Shown here piece after piece: positions 1 through 11,890 of a stretch of DNA of 64,000 bases (position 1 is the first letter of the stretch; each line of letters opens with the position of its first letter). The position numbers and the translations under genes were made by a program. The stretch is taken from the NCBI GenBank assembly GCA_019358915.1, contig JAHHIM010000018.1, positions 1 through 64,000 of the forward strand. The letters are read 5' to 3'. This DNA comes from Trichormus sp. ATA11-4-KO1. GTDB taxonomy: Bacteria; Cyanobacteriota; Cyanobacteriia; Cyanobacteriales; Nostocaceae. A model generated the notes under the pieces. That model was not told the DNA's origin, ran no database searches, and was given only the letters and a program-made list of their open reading frames with translations.

Positions 1-8
1 TTTTAAGT

Positions 9-127
9 AAGAACTCTCCAGCAACAGTTAATATGAGAAACTTTGTAAATTGTGGCTATTTTAACTTCTTTAACGTCAAGAAAAATAACCCTTCATTATA
101 CCAAAAAATATTTATGCAAGAGTTCTA
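9..127. mobile_element. Possible MITE/IS-end remnant
   Basis: Imperfect terminal inverted repeats AAGAACTCTCCAGCA ... TGCAAGAGTTCTA; it abuts a truncated gene fragment. Confidence 0.35.
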
Positions 128-249
128 TCAAAGCAGTGCAACAGAACCAAGTATATTGGGTGAACTACTCAGTCTGGCGTGGATATAACATCCTTGCATC
201 TCATGCGGTGCTGGATGACATCGAGAAGTACTTAGTTAGCACGCCCTAA
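128..249 (+). pseudogene. C-terminal fragment of an iron-siderophore ABC transporter periplasmic binding protein
   Basis: KAVQQNQVYWVNYSVWRGYNILASHAVLDDIEKYLVSTP* resembles the C-terminus of cyanobacterial FhuD/FecB-type binding proteins. The N-terminus is missing. Confidence 0.6.
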
Positions 250-250
250 A

Positions 251-499
251 CTTTTAGCTGCCGGTCCCCTCGCTGACTATGTTTTTGAGCCAGCTATGAA
301 ACCATCCAGCAGTCTTGCCCTGATTTTCGGAGGACTACTAGGAACTGGAAAAGGTGCAGGAATTGCTCTACTTTATGTTTTATGTGCCATTTGTATGCTG
401 CTTGTAGGCGTTGGTGGCTACGCCTTCCCTATTCTGCGACAAGTCGAGCGCAGTCTGCCTGATCATACTACTACCCTCTTGCCTGGAGATACCAAGTAG
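251..499 (+). pseudogene. C-terminal fragment of an MFS transporter
   Basis: LLAAGPLADYVFEPAMKP...GTGKGAGIALLY...RQVERSLPDH matches the last helices of cyanobacterial MFS exporters. No N-terminal part is present. Confidence 0.65.
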
Positions 500-578
500 T
501 ATAAAAAACAATATAAACTCAGTTGCGATAGTTTTAAATTCTAACTTGTATAAATACTTAATCCAAACACTCTAACTC

Positions 579-956
579 ATGGCTAAACATACCCTATTCG
601 TCTGCAAATCCTGTCACCGTTCATCCGCAGAATGTCCAAAAAATCCACCTTTTGATGGCAATATTTTACTTGACCAACTAAACACTTTATGCGCTGAAAA
701 ATTCCCAAATGATGAAATTGAGATTCAACCAGTTGGATGCTTGTGGGCGTGCAGTCAAGGTTGTGTTGTGGCTGTATCGAGTCACGAGAAACCCACTTAT
801 TTGTTTGTCAATGTTACACCTGAAGACAGCACAGCAGCTTTACTAGAATTTATGCAACTATATATCAAGAGTTCTCAAGGAAATGTAGTGTGGAAACAGA
901 TTCCTGAAATCTTACAGACTGCTATTTTCGCCCAAATTCCGCCAATCAAAGTATAA
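579..956 (+). CDS. DUF1636 family metal-binding protein
   Basis: HTLFVCKSC and VGCLWACSQGCVVA cysteine motifs; the family is common in iron-uptake clusters. Confidence 0.8.
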   Translation: MAKHTLFVCKSCHRSSAECPKNPPFDGNILLDQLNTLCAEKFPNDEIEIQPVGCLWACSQGCVVAVSSHEKPTYLFVNVTPEDSTAALLEFMQLYIKSSQGNVVWKQIPEILQTAIFAQIPPIKV

Positions 957-961
957 CTCAG

Positions 962-1104
962 GCGATCGCGTAGCGTGCCGGAGGCGATCGCCAAAAACTT
1001 AATCAAGTGCTTCTAACCATGATTGAAAATCAGCCATACTGGTAAAATCCAGCAAAACTTCACCGAGATTTTCCAACTGTTCTAGCGGCAGAGTTTCAAT
1101 CTGC
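962..1104. repeat. 143-bp direct repeat, copy A (duplicate of the Rpn gene 3' end and downstream HIP1 sites)
   Basis: Aligns to 1911-2053 with about 7 substitutions. It contains a 35-aa TTG-start ORF (1106..999, minus strand), LQIETLPLEQLENLGEVLLDFTSMADFQSWLEALD. Confidence 0.9.
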
Positions 1105-1184
1105 AAATAATTTTACTGATTTATATTTACGGCTATTAATTTTTAATACAGAAGCTAATATGGTGATTAATTTAAATTTTAATC

Positions 1185-1559
1185 CTACCATCTTGCATAG
1201 GTATAGTTATTCAGTATATTTTGATCTTTGCTCAGTAAAATATTGTTATTTACCTGAGCATTTGCTGTAATAATCCGGTCAAAAGGATCACGAGTCCAAT
1301 TAATCGTTAAAGTAATGCTGATAATCTCATTAAAGTTTTTATTACATATCTTTAAATCAATCTGCTCAGATAGCTCGGTAATAATCACATCCGATTCATC
1401 TGTAATACGTTTTATCTCATATAAATACTGTAACTCTAATCGAACAATTGCTGATATATAAACTTCATTTCCATTAATTATACTTTTAGCAAGTTCACTT
1501 AATTTATCTGTCAACCCAGAATAGAGCCACACTACTACATGAGTATCAAGGTAAATCAA
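1185..1559 (-). CDS. vapC: PIN-domain (VapC) toxin
   Basis: IYLDTHVVVW start and RDPFDRIITA, LLSKD motifs; it overlaps the upstream antitoxin. Confidence 0.9.
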   Translation of the reverse strand: MIYLDTHVVVWLYSGLTDKLSELAKSIINGNEVYISAIVRLELQYLYEIKRITDESDVIITELSEQIDLKICNKNFNEIISITLTINWTRDPFDRIITANAQVNNNILLSKDQNILNNYTYARW

Positions 1560-1782
1560 TACTAATCTCCTGCTCCCAACTTATATTAACTAAATCATCG
1601 GGATTTCCTTGAATAACATCTGGTTTAAAAGTCAAATTTTTAAGTTTATCCTTTTTTTCTACAGGAACAATTTTTAGTAACTTACCATTTTTGTTAATTT
1701 CTATGGGGATACCTGTTTCTAGTACCTCATCCAGTAGACGCTCGATATTATTACTCAATTCCGTTAGTGTAACCTTTTTCAT
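1546..1782 (-). CDS. Phd/YefM-family antitoxin
   Basis: VTLTELSNNIERLLDEVLETGIPIEI Phd-like N-terminus; it lies upstream of the PIN toxin. Confidence 0.85.
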   Translation of the reverse strand: MKKVTLTELSNNIERLLDEVLETGIPIEINKNGKLLKIVPVEKKDKLKNLTFKPDVIQGNPDDLVNISWEQEISIDLP

Positions 1783-1910
1783 TGCATTTCCTAAAGATTC
1801 AGATTTTATGTAATTAATTCTGCCTATGTACTTAAATACCTTTAAATTAGTGTGATAGCGATCGCTATTCTCTGCAATAGTATCACCATCTCCTGTAACG
1901 AAAAGTAATT

Positions 1911-2053
1911 GCGATCGCGTAGCGTGCCGGAGGCGATCGCCAAAAACTTAACCAAGTGCTTCTAACCACGATCGCAAATCAGCCATACTGGTAAAATCCA
2001 GCAATGCTTCACCGAGATTTTCCAACTGTTCTAGCGGGAGAGTTTCAATCTGC
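1911..2053. repeat. 143-bp direct repeat, copy B
   Basis: Matches 962-1104 and begins at a HIP1 site. Confidence 0.9.
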
Positions 2054-2784
2054 TCACGCACTTCTTGAGGTAATTCTCCCACTCGTCGAGTTAGCAGACG
2101 AAAGATCAGTGATTTTTCTCTTTGTTCTGCCTCTTCCCTTATTTCTCGGTAAACCCGCGTTTCTTGAAGTGTAATTCCCAACATTTCCTCTACCTCCCGT
2201 TGACTTTTATCCTCAAACTTGTACACCATAATCGTAACTAATAGCTCTATTATGGCGCGATTTGCTGGTGATGGTGGTTCCTGTTGACTTCTAGCTAATA
2301 AATACCTTGCTTCTTCGCTAGCTTGTTCCTCATCTACCGTAGTCAAAACCATCAACGCTACCCACACAGGTAAAGAGCGAATATCCCCCAACTCATCTAA
2401 ATAGATGCGATTTACCTGGTCTCCATTCAATAGACTCCGAAAAGGACGAACTTCATCTTGCTCTATGCTGCGGGATGGGTAGATTATGACTATTTGCAAG
2501 TCATTAAATTTATCTCGGTTCCGATAGAAATATAAATGAGATTCTGCAAATACTCGCTCGTAGAGTCTTTTATCTTTCTGATACTGTATTTCACAAAAAT
2601 ATATAGTCCCAGGATTTTCGCTTTCTGGTGGGAGAAATACGCCATCAATTTCAAATTTAGGTTCTTTAACAGCTACGGAATCAAATCTGTATTTATCCGC
2701 ATTTTCTGGCGGATTTGTCAACAGTTCAAATAAAAGTGTCGGATATTGTTGAAATAGTTTGTAAAATATTGAATCTCTACGCAT
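1948..2784 (-). CDS. Rpn-family PD-(D/E)xK nuclease / putative transposase (DUF2887 + DUF4351 tail)
   Basis: MRRDSIFYKLFQ, FEIDGVFLP, FCEIQYQKD and C-terminal LEQLENLGEALLDF. Confidence 0.9.
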   Translation of the reverse strand: MRRDSIFYKLFQQYPTLLFELLTNPPENADKYRFDSVAVKEPKFEIDGVFLPPESENPGTIYFCEIQYQKDKRLYERVFAESHLYFYRNRDKFNDLQIVIIYPSRSIEQDEVRPFRSLLNGDQVNRIYLDELGDIRSLPVWVALMVLTTVDEEQASEEARYLLARSQQEPPSPANRAIIELLVTIMVYKFEDKSQREVEEMLGITLQETRVYREIREEAEQREKSLIFRLLTRRVGELPQEVREQIETLPLEQLENLGEALLDFTSMADLRSWLEALG

Positions 2785-2884
2785 GAAAGATATTAGTACA
2801 TGAGAATTTTCAGGGCGATCGCGTATTCCTCTTGCTCATTTTACTTTGAAGTGCTGATAGCCATGATTCGGTTTACACAAAAGT

Positions 2885-2915
2885 AGTCCGTTTCAGTCGC
2901 AAAAAAGTCCGTTTC
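2885..2915 (+). promoter_or_regulatory. Tandem AGTCCGTTTC direct repeat, 21-bp period (candidate AraC-type site)
   Basis: Identical 10-mers at 2885 and 2906, upstream of the ABC transporter pair. Confidence 0.4.
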
Positions 2916-3066
2916 GGCATCAAAATTACTAGCAAAAATGCTGATTTTTAGTTTATTGTGCTGTAAAACTCTTTTTTAGTTTGTGAAACCCAAACAAAGG
3001 TGTAAAAAAGGGGACATACAAGAGAATTTTGATGGAAAATATATCCTAAGAATTACCCATTGCAAT

Positions 3067-4836
3067 ATGGTCAAAATTCCGCTCAAACAATATTTACTCC
3101 TCCTTGCCACTTATCTGCAACCTCAACGAAATCGTGTCTTTTGGCTTGGTATCACTTTACTTAGCGGCATTGGCTTACAACTTTTTAATCCCCTACTGCT
3201 GGGCTATTTCATTGATAGAGCAACGGGTGGAGAAACCGAGGGCAGATTATTTGCTATTGCGTTTTTGTTTATGGCGATCGCTTTAGTTACTCAAATTCTC
3301 AGCGTGATCACCACCTACTTTAGTGAAAATGTTGCCTGGACAGCCACCAATGGACTCCGCGCAGATTTAGTGGAGCATTGCTTCAATTTGGATTTATCCT
3401 TTCATCAATCTCGCACTCCTGGGGAATTGATTGAGCGTATTGATGGAGATGTCAATGCACTTTCTAGATTCTTTTCTCAATTTACAATTGATATTTTAGG
3501 AAATGTCATTTTGCTGGTCGGTATATTAATTGTTCTCTTTTATGAAGATTGGCGAGCAGGATTAAGTTTAACCATATTTAGTTTGCTCGCTTTGAGTGCT
3601 TTGATTCAACTTCGTTCCTACGCGGTTCCGTATTGGAAAAACTTACGCCAAGCCCAGGCTGAATTTTCTGGATTTATCGGTGAACGATTAGCAGCGATAG
3701 AAGATATACAAGCTAATGGTGCGATCGCCTATGTTATACACCACTTTTATCACATCTTGCAACAATGGCTACCTGTCTATCACAAAGCACGTTTTGCTGG
3801 AACAGTACTTTGGGGAACTTCTATAGGTTTATTTACCTTGGGAAATGCGATCGCTTTGTGTGTCTGTACCTATTTATGGTGGCAGCAAGTGATCACCATT
3901 GGTAGTATCTATTTATTATTTCATTACAGCAATCTCCTCAGGCAGCCAATAGAAACAATTCGCGAAGAACTGGAAGATTTACAAAAAGCCGAAGCTAGTA
4001 TTCACCGTATCCGAGATATCTTACAAGTTCAATCTCAGCTGAGTTTAGGTAGCGATCGCCTGCTTCCCACTGGTTCACTTGCGGTTACATTTGACCATGT
4101 TTGGTTTAGTTATGAACAAGACTTGCCAAAACAGGGGGAAAAGTCAAACACACAGTCAGTGCTGCAAAACATCTCCTTCCATCTCCCCGCAGGTCAAATA
4201 TTAGGAATTTTAGGACGCACAGGTAGTGGTAAAACAACTTTGGCACGACTATTACTACGGCTTTACGACCCCCAACAGGGATGTATTCGCCTCAATAACA
4301 TTGCTATCGACTCAATTAACTTCATTGATTTACCGCAGCGAGTGGGAATGGTGACTCAAGATGTACAACTATTCCAAACCAGTGTACGCAATAATTTAAC
4401 CTTGTTTAATTCCCGCATTAGTGACAAACAAATTCTGTACACCTTGGATCGCTTGGGACTTTCGTCTTGGTTTTATGCCTTACCTCAAGGACTAGATACC
4501 TTGTTAGGCGCTGACAAGGGTGGACTTTCGGCAGGACAAGCGCAATTATTTGCCTTTACCCGCATTTTTCTCAAAAATCCCGGACTTGTCATTCTCGATG
4601 AAGCCTCTTCTCGTCTCGATCCGCAAACAGAAGTCTTGATGAACCAAGCAATTACTGAACTTCTGCACCATCGTACAGGCATGATCATTGCCCATCGTTT
4701 AGCTACAGTGCAGCGAGCAGATCAAATCTTGATTTTGGACAATGGCACAATAGTTGAGTATGGCGATCGCCTCACCCTAGCCAATACTCCCAATTCCCGA
4801 TTTTCACAATTGTTGCAAGCGAGCTTTCAGTCATGA
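3067..4836 (+). CDS. ABC transporter ATP-binding/permease (heterodimer subunit 1)
   Basis: Transmembrane domain, GRTGSGKT Walker A, LSAGQ, ILDEASS. The likely start is ATG 3067 (the ORF opens at 2983). Confidence 0.9.
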   Translation: MVKIPLKQYLLLLATYLQPQRNRVFWLGITLLSGIGLQLFNPLLLGYFIDRATGGETEGRLFAIAFLFMAIALVTQILSVITTYFSENVAWTATNGLRADLVEHCFNLDLSFHQSRTPGELIERIDGDVNALSRFFSQFTIDILGNVILLVGILIVLFYEDWRAGLSLTIFSLLALSALIQLRSYAVPYWKNLRQAQAEFSGFIGERLAAIEDIQANGAIAYVIHHFYHILQQWLPVYHKARFAGTVLWGTSIGLFTLGNAIALCVCTYLWWQQVITIGSIYLLFHYSNLLRQPIETIREELEDLQKAEASIHRIRDILQVQSQLSLGSDRLLPTGSLAVTFDHVWFSYEQDLPKQGEKSNTQSVLQNISFHLPAGQILGILGRTGSGKTTLARLLLRLYDPQQGCIRLNNIAIDSINFIDLPQRVGMVTQDVQLFQTSVRNNLTLFNSRISDKQILYTLDRLGLSSWFYALPQGLDTLLGADKGGLSAGQAQLFAFTRIFLKNPGLVILDEASSRLDPQTEVLMNQAITELLHHRTGMIIAHRLATVQRADQILILDNGTIVEYGDRLTLANTPNSRFSQLLQASFQS

Positions 4837-6668
4837 AGACCTACCCAAAACTGCCTATTGGCAAGTTGATTTGGCGTATAATTCTTTACCAACCAAAACT
4901 ATGCGCGATCGACAGCATTATCTGGACTTTGGGAATGGGTTTGCCTATTTTACCAGGACTAATCATTCGAGAATTTTTTGACACTTTAACAGGCAATTCC
5001 CAACTTGGTTTTTCAGCTTGGGCAATCATAGCACTGTTACTTATCACAGGTTTGACGCGAATTATCCTGATTGTGATCGGTCGCTTCACTAATACACAAC
5101 TGCATTTTGCCATTAGCTCTTTGTTACGGCACAATCTCCTCAAACATTTATTTGTGCAACCAGGGGCGCAACCATTAACCACTTCTGGTACGAACCCGAA
5201 AACCGTATCATCGGGTGAGGTAATTAGTTACTTTCGAGATGATATTGAGCAAATTGAAGAAACCATTGCCTGGATTGGTAGCCTTCCTGGTTATGGGCTA
5301 ATCGTACTCGGTTCGGTGGCTATTCTCCTGAATGTTAATGTGCAAATGACTTTGTTTGTTTTTCTTCCCCTAGTTGGTATTGCTGGAGTAGTTCAACAAG
5401 CAGAATCTCGCCTGAAACGCTACAGACAAGCCAGTTACCAAGCTACTCAACAGGTAACTGGTTTAATTAGTGATTTATTTACAGGAATTCAGACGATTAA
5501 GGTTGCAGGCGCACAAAAAGATGTGCTGCAACATTTCAGAAACGTGAGTGAACAACGTCGTCAACTCATACTCAAAGATCAAGTCCTGACAGCGATTTTG
5601 CAATCTGTTTTTCAGAATCTTGTCAGTCTTGGCACAGGTGGGATTTTGCTGCTGGCATCCCAGGCAATGCCAGATGGAAATGGTACTCTCTCTGTAGGAG
5701 ATTTTGCGCTATTTATCTACTATCTATCATTTATCACCGGATTTTTAGATTATTTAGGCAGATTTATTCTACTTTGCAAACAAACTGAAGTTTCCTTTGA
5801 GCGGTTATCCACCTTGCTGGGTAAAGCGCCCGTGCAAACTTTGGTAGAACATCACTACCTTTACTTAAATAATCTGTTAGGCCACAAACCAGATTTACCA
5901 CAAATCACCCAACCTCATCTAACTGAAACCTCCCGTCTGCATGAATTAATGGCTGTTAATCTGACTTATCACTATCCCGATACAGGACGAGGAATTCATG
6001 AAGTGAACTTGAAACTTGTACGTGGCAGTTTAACAGCAATTACAGGTCGGATTGGTTCTGGTAAAACTACATTACTACGAGTATTGTTAGGATTACTACC
6101 AATGCAATCTGGTTCAATTTACTGGAATGGTCACAAAATTGAGCAACCGACTCATTTTTTTGTACCACCTCGCAGTGCCTATACTCCCCAAGTGCCGCAG
6201 TTATTGAGCGCAACATTGAGTGAGAATTTGCGATTGGGATTAGAGGTAGAAGAAAAATGGCTAAAACAAGCGATCGCCCTAGCAGTCTTTGAACAAGATT
6301 TAGCAATCATGCCAGAGGCATTAGAAACACAAATAGGATCAAATGGGATGCGACTTTCAGCTGGGCAAGTGCAACGAGTGGCCGCAACTCGAATGTTTGT
6401 GCGACAACCCGAACTGCTGGTGTTTGATGATCTTTCTAGTGCTTTGGATGTTCAGACAGAAAAAATTTTATGGGAACGTCTGTTTACTACAATTAAGACC
6501 AACTCCTCAACAGGGGCGATCGCCTGGACACCAACTTGCTTAGTAGTTTCACATTCCCCCACACTATTACAACAGGCTGATCATATTATTGTTTTGGAAG
6601 CAGGCAGAGTCCAAGCAGAAGGTAAATGGGTTGATTTGCAGAAATTACTCTCTTTTTTGAATACATAG
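4833..6668 (+). CDS. ABC transporter ATP-binding/permease (heterodimer subunit 2, degenerate Walker B)
   Basis: GRIGSGKT, LSAGQ and VFDDLSSALD (catalytic Glu replaced by Asp); ATGA overlap with subunit 1. Confidence 0.9.
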   Translation: MKTYPKLPIGKLIWRIILYQPKLCAIDSIIWTLGMGLPILPGLIIREFFDTLTGNSQLGFSAWAIIALLLITGLTRIILIVIGRFTNTQLHFAISSLLRHNLLKHLFVQPGAQPLTTSGTNPKTVSSGEVISYFRDDIEQIEETIAWIGSLPGYGLIVLGSVAILLNVNVQMTLFVFLPLVGIAGVVQQAESRLKRYRQASYQATQQVTGLISDLFTGIQTIKVAGAQKDVLQHFRNVSEQRRQLILKDQVLTAILQSVFQNLVSLGTGGILLLASQAMPDGNGTLSVGDFALFIYYLSFITGFLDYLGRFILLCKQTEVSFERLSTLLGKAPVQTLVEHHYLYLNNLLGHKPDLPQITQPHLTETSRLHELMAVNLTYHYPDTGRGIHEVNLKLVRGSLTAITGRIGSGKTTLLRVLLGLLPMQSGSIYWNGHKIEQPTHFFVPPRSAYTPQVPQLLSATLSENLRLGLEVEEKWLKQAIALAVFEQDLAIMPEALETQIGSNGMRLSAGQVQRVAATRMFVRQPELLVFDDLSSALDVQTEKILWERLFTTIKTNSSTGAIAWTPTCLVVSHSPTLLQQADHIIVLEAGRVQAEGKWVDLQKLLSFLNT

Positions 6669-6805
6669 ACAAGAAAGCGCCTGCCGTTGGCAGGTCATTG
6701 AATTGAATTGTCCCTAGTCCCCAATCACCATTACCACATCAAGCAGTAAGCAAAAGCGATCGCGATCGCTTATGCTAAATTTTAGTCTTAGTTGAATTAT
6801 CTTCC

Positions 6806-7444
6806 GTGACCAGAGAACGCGAACCTTTAATTAGTCTGGCACTTTACCACGCTTTTAAATGGTCAATTGTCAGCCCCATACTCCATGCTTACTTTCGGGG
6901 GCGAATTTATGGGGTGGAAAATGTCCCCCAATCAGGGCCACTAGTGGTAGTAAGTAATCATGCTAGTTACTTTGATCCGCCAATAGTTTCTAATTGTGTA
7001 CGTCGTCCAGTAGCGTACATGGCTAAGGAAGAGTTATTTGAAGTCCCAGTTTTGGCACAAGCAATTAAATTGTATGGTGCTTACCCAGTGAGTCGGGGCA
7101 GTGCCGATCGCAATTCTATCCGCTCAGCCCTGGAGTATCTTGATCATGGCTGGGCTGTAGGTGTTTTCTTACAAGGTACTCGCACTCCAGATGGTAGGGT
7201 GACAGATCCTAAAAGAGGCGCTGCACTACTAGCGGCAAAGGCAAAAGCACCATTATTGCCGGTGAGTTTATGGGGTTCTGAAAAGATATTACAAAAAGGC
7301 TCGTCTATACCTCGTGCAGTTCCCTTAACTATTAGGATTGGTAAATTAATTGATACGCCCAGTTCTACTAATAAAGAAGAATTAAAAGCTGTGACACATC
7401 AATGTGCTACAGCAATTAATCAATTGCATGATTTGGGACGCTAA
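6806..7444 (+). CDS. plsC: 1-acyl-sn-glycerol-3-phosphate acyltransferase
   Basis: NHASYFD and FLQGTR acyltransferase motifs. Confidence 0.9.
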   Translation: MTREREPLISLALYHAFKWSIVSPILHAYFRGRIYGVENVPQSGPLVVVSNHASYFDPPIVSNCVRRPVAYMAKEELFEVPVLAQAIKLYGAYPVSRGSADRNSIRSALEYLDHGWAVGVFLQGTRTPDGRVTDPKRGAALLAAKAKAPLLPVSLWGSEKILQKGSSIPRAVPLTIRIGKLIDTPSSTNKEELKAVTHQCATAINQLHDLGR

Positions 7445-7587
7445 GAAATATGCTTTAGGGAAGTAGCGATCGCCACTTGGTCTTTATATGCTGAAAGTCA
7501 ACGCGCTCTAGCAATCAAGTAAGCTTTGTGCTTAAATACAACTGCTAGGCACCATTAACACTTATCTACCCTTTCCATAAACAGCAT

Positions 7588-8625
7588 ATGAGTGGCTTTC
7601 CAGCCAAGAATGTTTGGGATAGATTGAATAATTTGGCGTTAGTCCGCTTTCTGCTGTTTGTCGCCTCTGGCTGGGCAATTGTTCAGCTTTTAGCTTACTT
7701 TGAAGCGGTTATCGTTATTTTTACATTTGCTGCCATTTTGGCTTTTTTACTCAGCTATCCTGTGGAGTGGTTACGGCCTTATTTGCCTAATGGTATAGCA
7801 GTGATCGTAGTTTTTTTATTCAGTATTTTAATTCTGGGGAGCTTGATCATTACTGTGGGTTTAGCAGTTTTGTCTCAAGGACAACAATTAGTTGATAGTA
7901 TCTCTGTGTTTTTAAGCTCTTTAATACCTGTGTTAGAGAGAATTGAAGAGTTTCTCCGTAGCCGTAATTTACAAATAGATTTAACAGTAATTGAAGAGCA
8001 GTTGCGAAATCAAGCTGTATCCACACTAGTAACTAGTTTAGCTTTTTTGCAAAAAATTCTGACTAATTTTGTCACCTTTATATTAATTGCAGTTGTAGCC
8101 TTTTTTATGTTACTAGATGGAGAAAAGCTGTGGAATTTAATCATCAAGATCATCCCTCAACACCGCCGCAGTAAATTTACAATTGTTATCAGACGTAACT
8201 TTTTAGGATTTTTTCGAGGTCAGTTATTATTAACTTTATTCCTAACAAGTTCAACTTTTCTGGTTTTTTCCATATTAAAAGTACCTTTTGCACTTATATT
8301 ATCTTTAATAATTGGGATACTAGATATAATTCCAGGCATAGGAGCAACACTAGGAGTTAGCACGGTTACGTTAATTGTATTATCTCAAAATGTTTGGTTA
8401 GCATTAAAAGTATTGGCAGCATGTATTGTACTACAGCAAATTCAAGATAATTTGCTGGCACCTCGAATTATGCAAGGAGCGCTGAATCTTAATCCTGTAG
8501 TAGTATTTTTTGCTTTATTAATAGGTGCTAGAGTCGCAGGTTTATTGGGAATTTTTATTTCTATTCCAATTACGGGAATAATTGTCTCTTTGTTTGAAAT
8601 CGATGAAATGAAAGCGGAGGTTTAG
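7588..8625 (+). CDS. AI-2E family transporter
   Basis: Multi-TM protein with IPGIGA and QQIQDNLLAPRIM motifs. Confidence 0.85.
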   Translation: MSGFPAKNVWDRLNNLALVRFLLFVASGWAIVQLLAYFEAVIVIFTFAAILAFLLSYPVEWLRPYLPNGIAVIVVFLFSILILGSLIITVGLAVLSQGQQLVDSISVFLSSLIPVLERIEEFLRSRNLQIDLTVIEEQLRNQAVSTLVTSLAFLQKILTNFVTFILIAVVAFFMLLDGEKLWNLIIKIIPQHRRSKFTIVIRRNFLGFFRGQLLLTLFLTSSTFLVFSILKVPFALILSLIIGILDIIPGIGATLGVSTVTLIVLSQNVWLALKVLAACIVLQQIQDNLLAPRIMQGALNLNPVVVFFALLIGARVAGLLGIFISIPITGIIVSLFEIDEMKAEV

Positions 8626-8862
8626 TCAGCCCCTTCGGGGAATTAAAAATTAAAAATTGAAGATCCCACCCACAGATGAATTTGGAGGCTTGAATAACGT
8701 TGAGCTGCATTCTTTTCTTTTCCATGAATAAATCGCGTAGTGTCCTGAACAAAGTGAAGGCTCTGGGGCTTGCATTTTTTTGTTTTTCGGTCAATTGTCA
8801 ATTACTAGATAGAAGGAACTAATGTTGTAAAATCGGCCGTAGACGCATAAAGACGGGGAATT

Positions 8863-9156
8863 ATGTCGGATTTAAGAACAGAACTAACAGCAAATCTGGA
8901 TGAGGCTGAGTGGGAGTGGCTAATTCCTCATGTACAACGGGATGCAGTGATTGTAGTAGCACAGGATTTGGACTTGCTCGATGTAGGAGTGGCGATCGCC
9001 AGTGATCAAGTTTCATCAGTGCAACAATGGATTGATCAGCAATTAATGGCTAAACCTTCTGATGCACAAATGGGAAACTGGAATAGCGATCGCAGTAAGC
9101 GATTTCATACTCTCATTCTCCAGCCCTATGTCCTAGTGCAAGAAATGGCAGCATGA
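8863..9156 (+). CDS. DUF2288 family protein
   Basis: AEWEWLIPHVQRDAVIVV...ILQPYVLVQE. Confidence 0.85.
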   Translation: MSDLRTELTANLDEAEWEWLIPHVQRDAVIVVAQDLDLLDVGVAIASDQVSSVQQWIDQQLMAKPSDAQMGNWNSDRSKRFHTLILQPYVLVQEMAA

Positions 9157-9245
9157 GGAAATGGGGAATGGGGATCTAAGGAAGCATTTTCGTTCTTGTC
9201 ACCTGTCACCTGTCACCTTATCCCCTCATCTCCCCATTCTTTAGC

Positions 9246-9920
9246 TCAACGCTTTCTACTATGATCTGCACCAGTGTACCCAGTAGCTACCCAAAGTAAG
9301 GCTCTTGCTCCATCACGGATAGATTTGTCCACGGATTCATGCATGTTTTCTGAAGGTACTGGTACAGGTTTTAACTGAATACCCCGACTACCTAAAACTA
9401 TCTCGCCAATGACACGAGCACGGCGCATATGAAACTCTGAAGTAACCAAATAAACACTCTTAATACCACGAGCTTGCAAATCATCTACCAACGTAGTAAA
9501 ATTTGTCACAGTATCTACTGCTTCATAATCCAAGTGTAAACGTTTTGCATCAACTCCCGCTTTGGTAAATACATTTTGAGTTGATGCAGGTGGACTACCA
9601 CCAGTAATCCAAATTGGTAAATCTGGATGTTCACGCACAAATTTGGCTGTAAATTTTTCTCGTTCTAAATATGACGTAGAACCACCCAAGACCAATACCG
9701 CTTGGGGTTGTACATAATCTTTTTGCGATTCCTGGTATCCCAACCACATTAGCAGTGGTAAGGCAAAAACCATAAATCGAAATGAATGACCTGTAAACAA
9801 TAGATTCTTCAAGGCTCGATGAATTCGTCTTTTGAGATCAGGATTTCCTATGAAAAAAGATAAACAATTACTGTAGATTAGCAGATTTGTCAAAAATCTA
9901 CTTTGGATGTGAACTGACAT
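9246..9920 (-). CDS. YdcF/DUF218 family protein
   Basis: VLVLGG, ITGG, DTVTNF and LVTSEFHMRRA motifs. The start codon is uncertain. Confidence 0.85.
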   Translation of the reverse strand: MSVHIQSRFLTNLLIYSNCLSFFIGNPDLKRRIHRALKNLLFTGHSFRFMVFALPLLMWLGYQESQKDYVQPQAVLVLGGSTSYLEREKFTAKFVREHPDLPIWITGGSPPASTQNVFTKAGVDAKRLHLDYEAVDTVTNFTTLVDDLQARGIKSVYLVTSEFHMRRARVIGEIVLGSRGIQLKPVPVPSENMHESVDKSIRDGARALLWVATGYTGADHSRKR

Positions 9921-10038
9921 TTTTTTGTTAAGACACTTCTTAACTTTGTCAATCCTAATTGATGCCCTATCCTACACTGGATTGGACAGTTCATCAAACA
10001 CTGGCGACTACTTTCTTTAGTTAATGTTGTTCTGAGGA

Positions 10039-10112
10039 CGGGACTGGCCAGATTCGAACCGGCGACCTAGCGCTTAGGAGGCGCTCGCTCTATCCAGCTG
10101 AGCTACAGCCCC
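10039..10112 (-). tRNA. tRNA-Arg(CCT)
   Basis: GGGGCTGTAGCTCAGCTGGATAGAGCGAGCGCCTCCTAAGCGCTAGGTCGCCGGTTCGAATCTGGCCAGTCCCG folds as a cloverleaf; anticodon loop CT-CCT-AA; CCA is not encoded. Confidence 0.95.
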
Positions 10113-10145
10113 AACTACGAAGCATATATTATGATAGCAGTAGTC

Positions 10146-11890
<1,745 letters not shown>

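Noticed and set aside
962..2053. Diversity-generating retroelement template/variable repeat pair
   Set aside because: The differences between the copies are not confined to adenines on one strand, and no reverse transcriptase is in the window.
10039..10112. tRNA as an integration site
   Set aside because: I saw no duplicated tRNA 3' end or integrase, and the flanking genes are ordinary.
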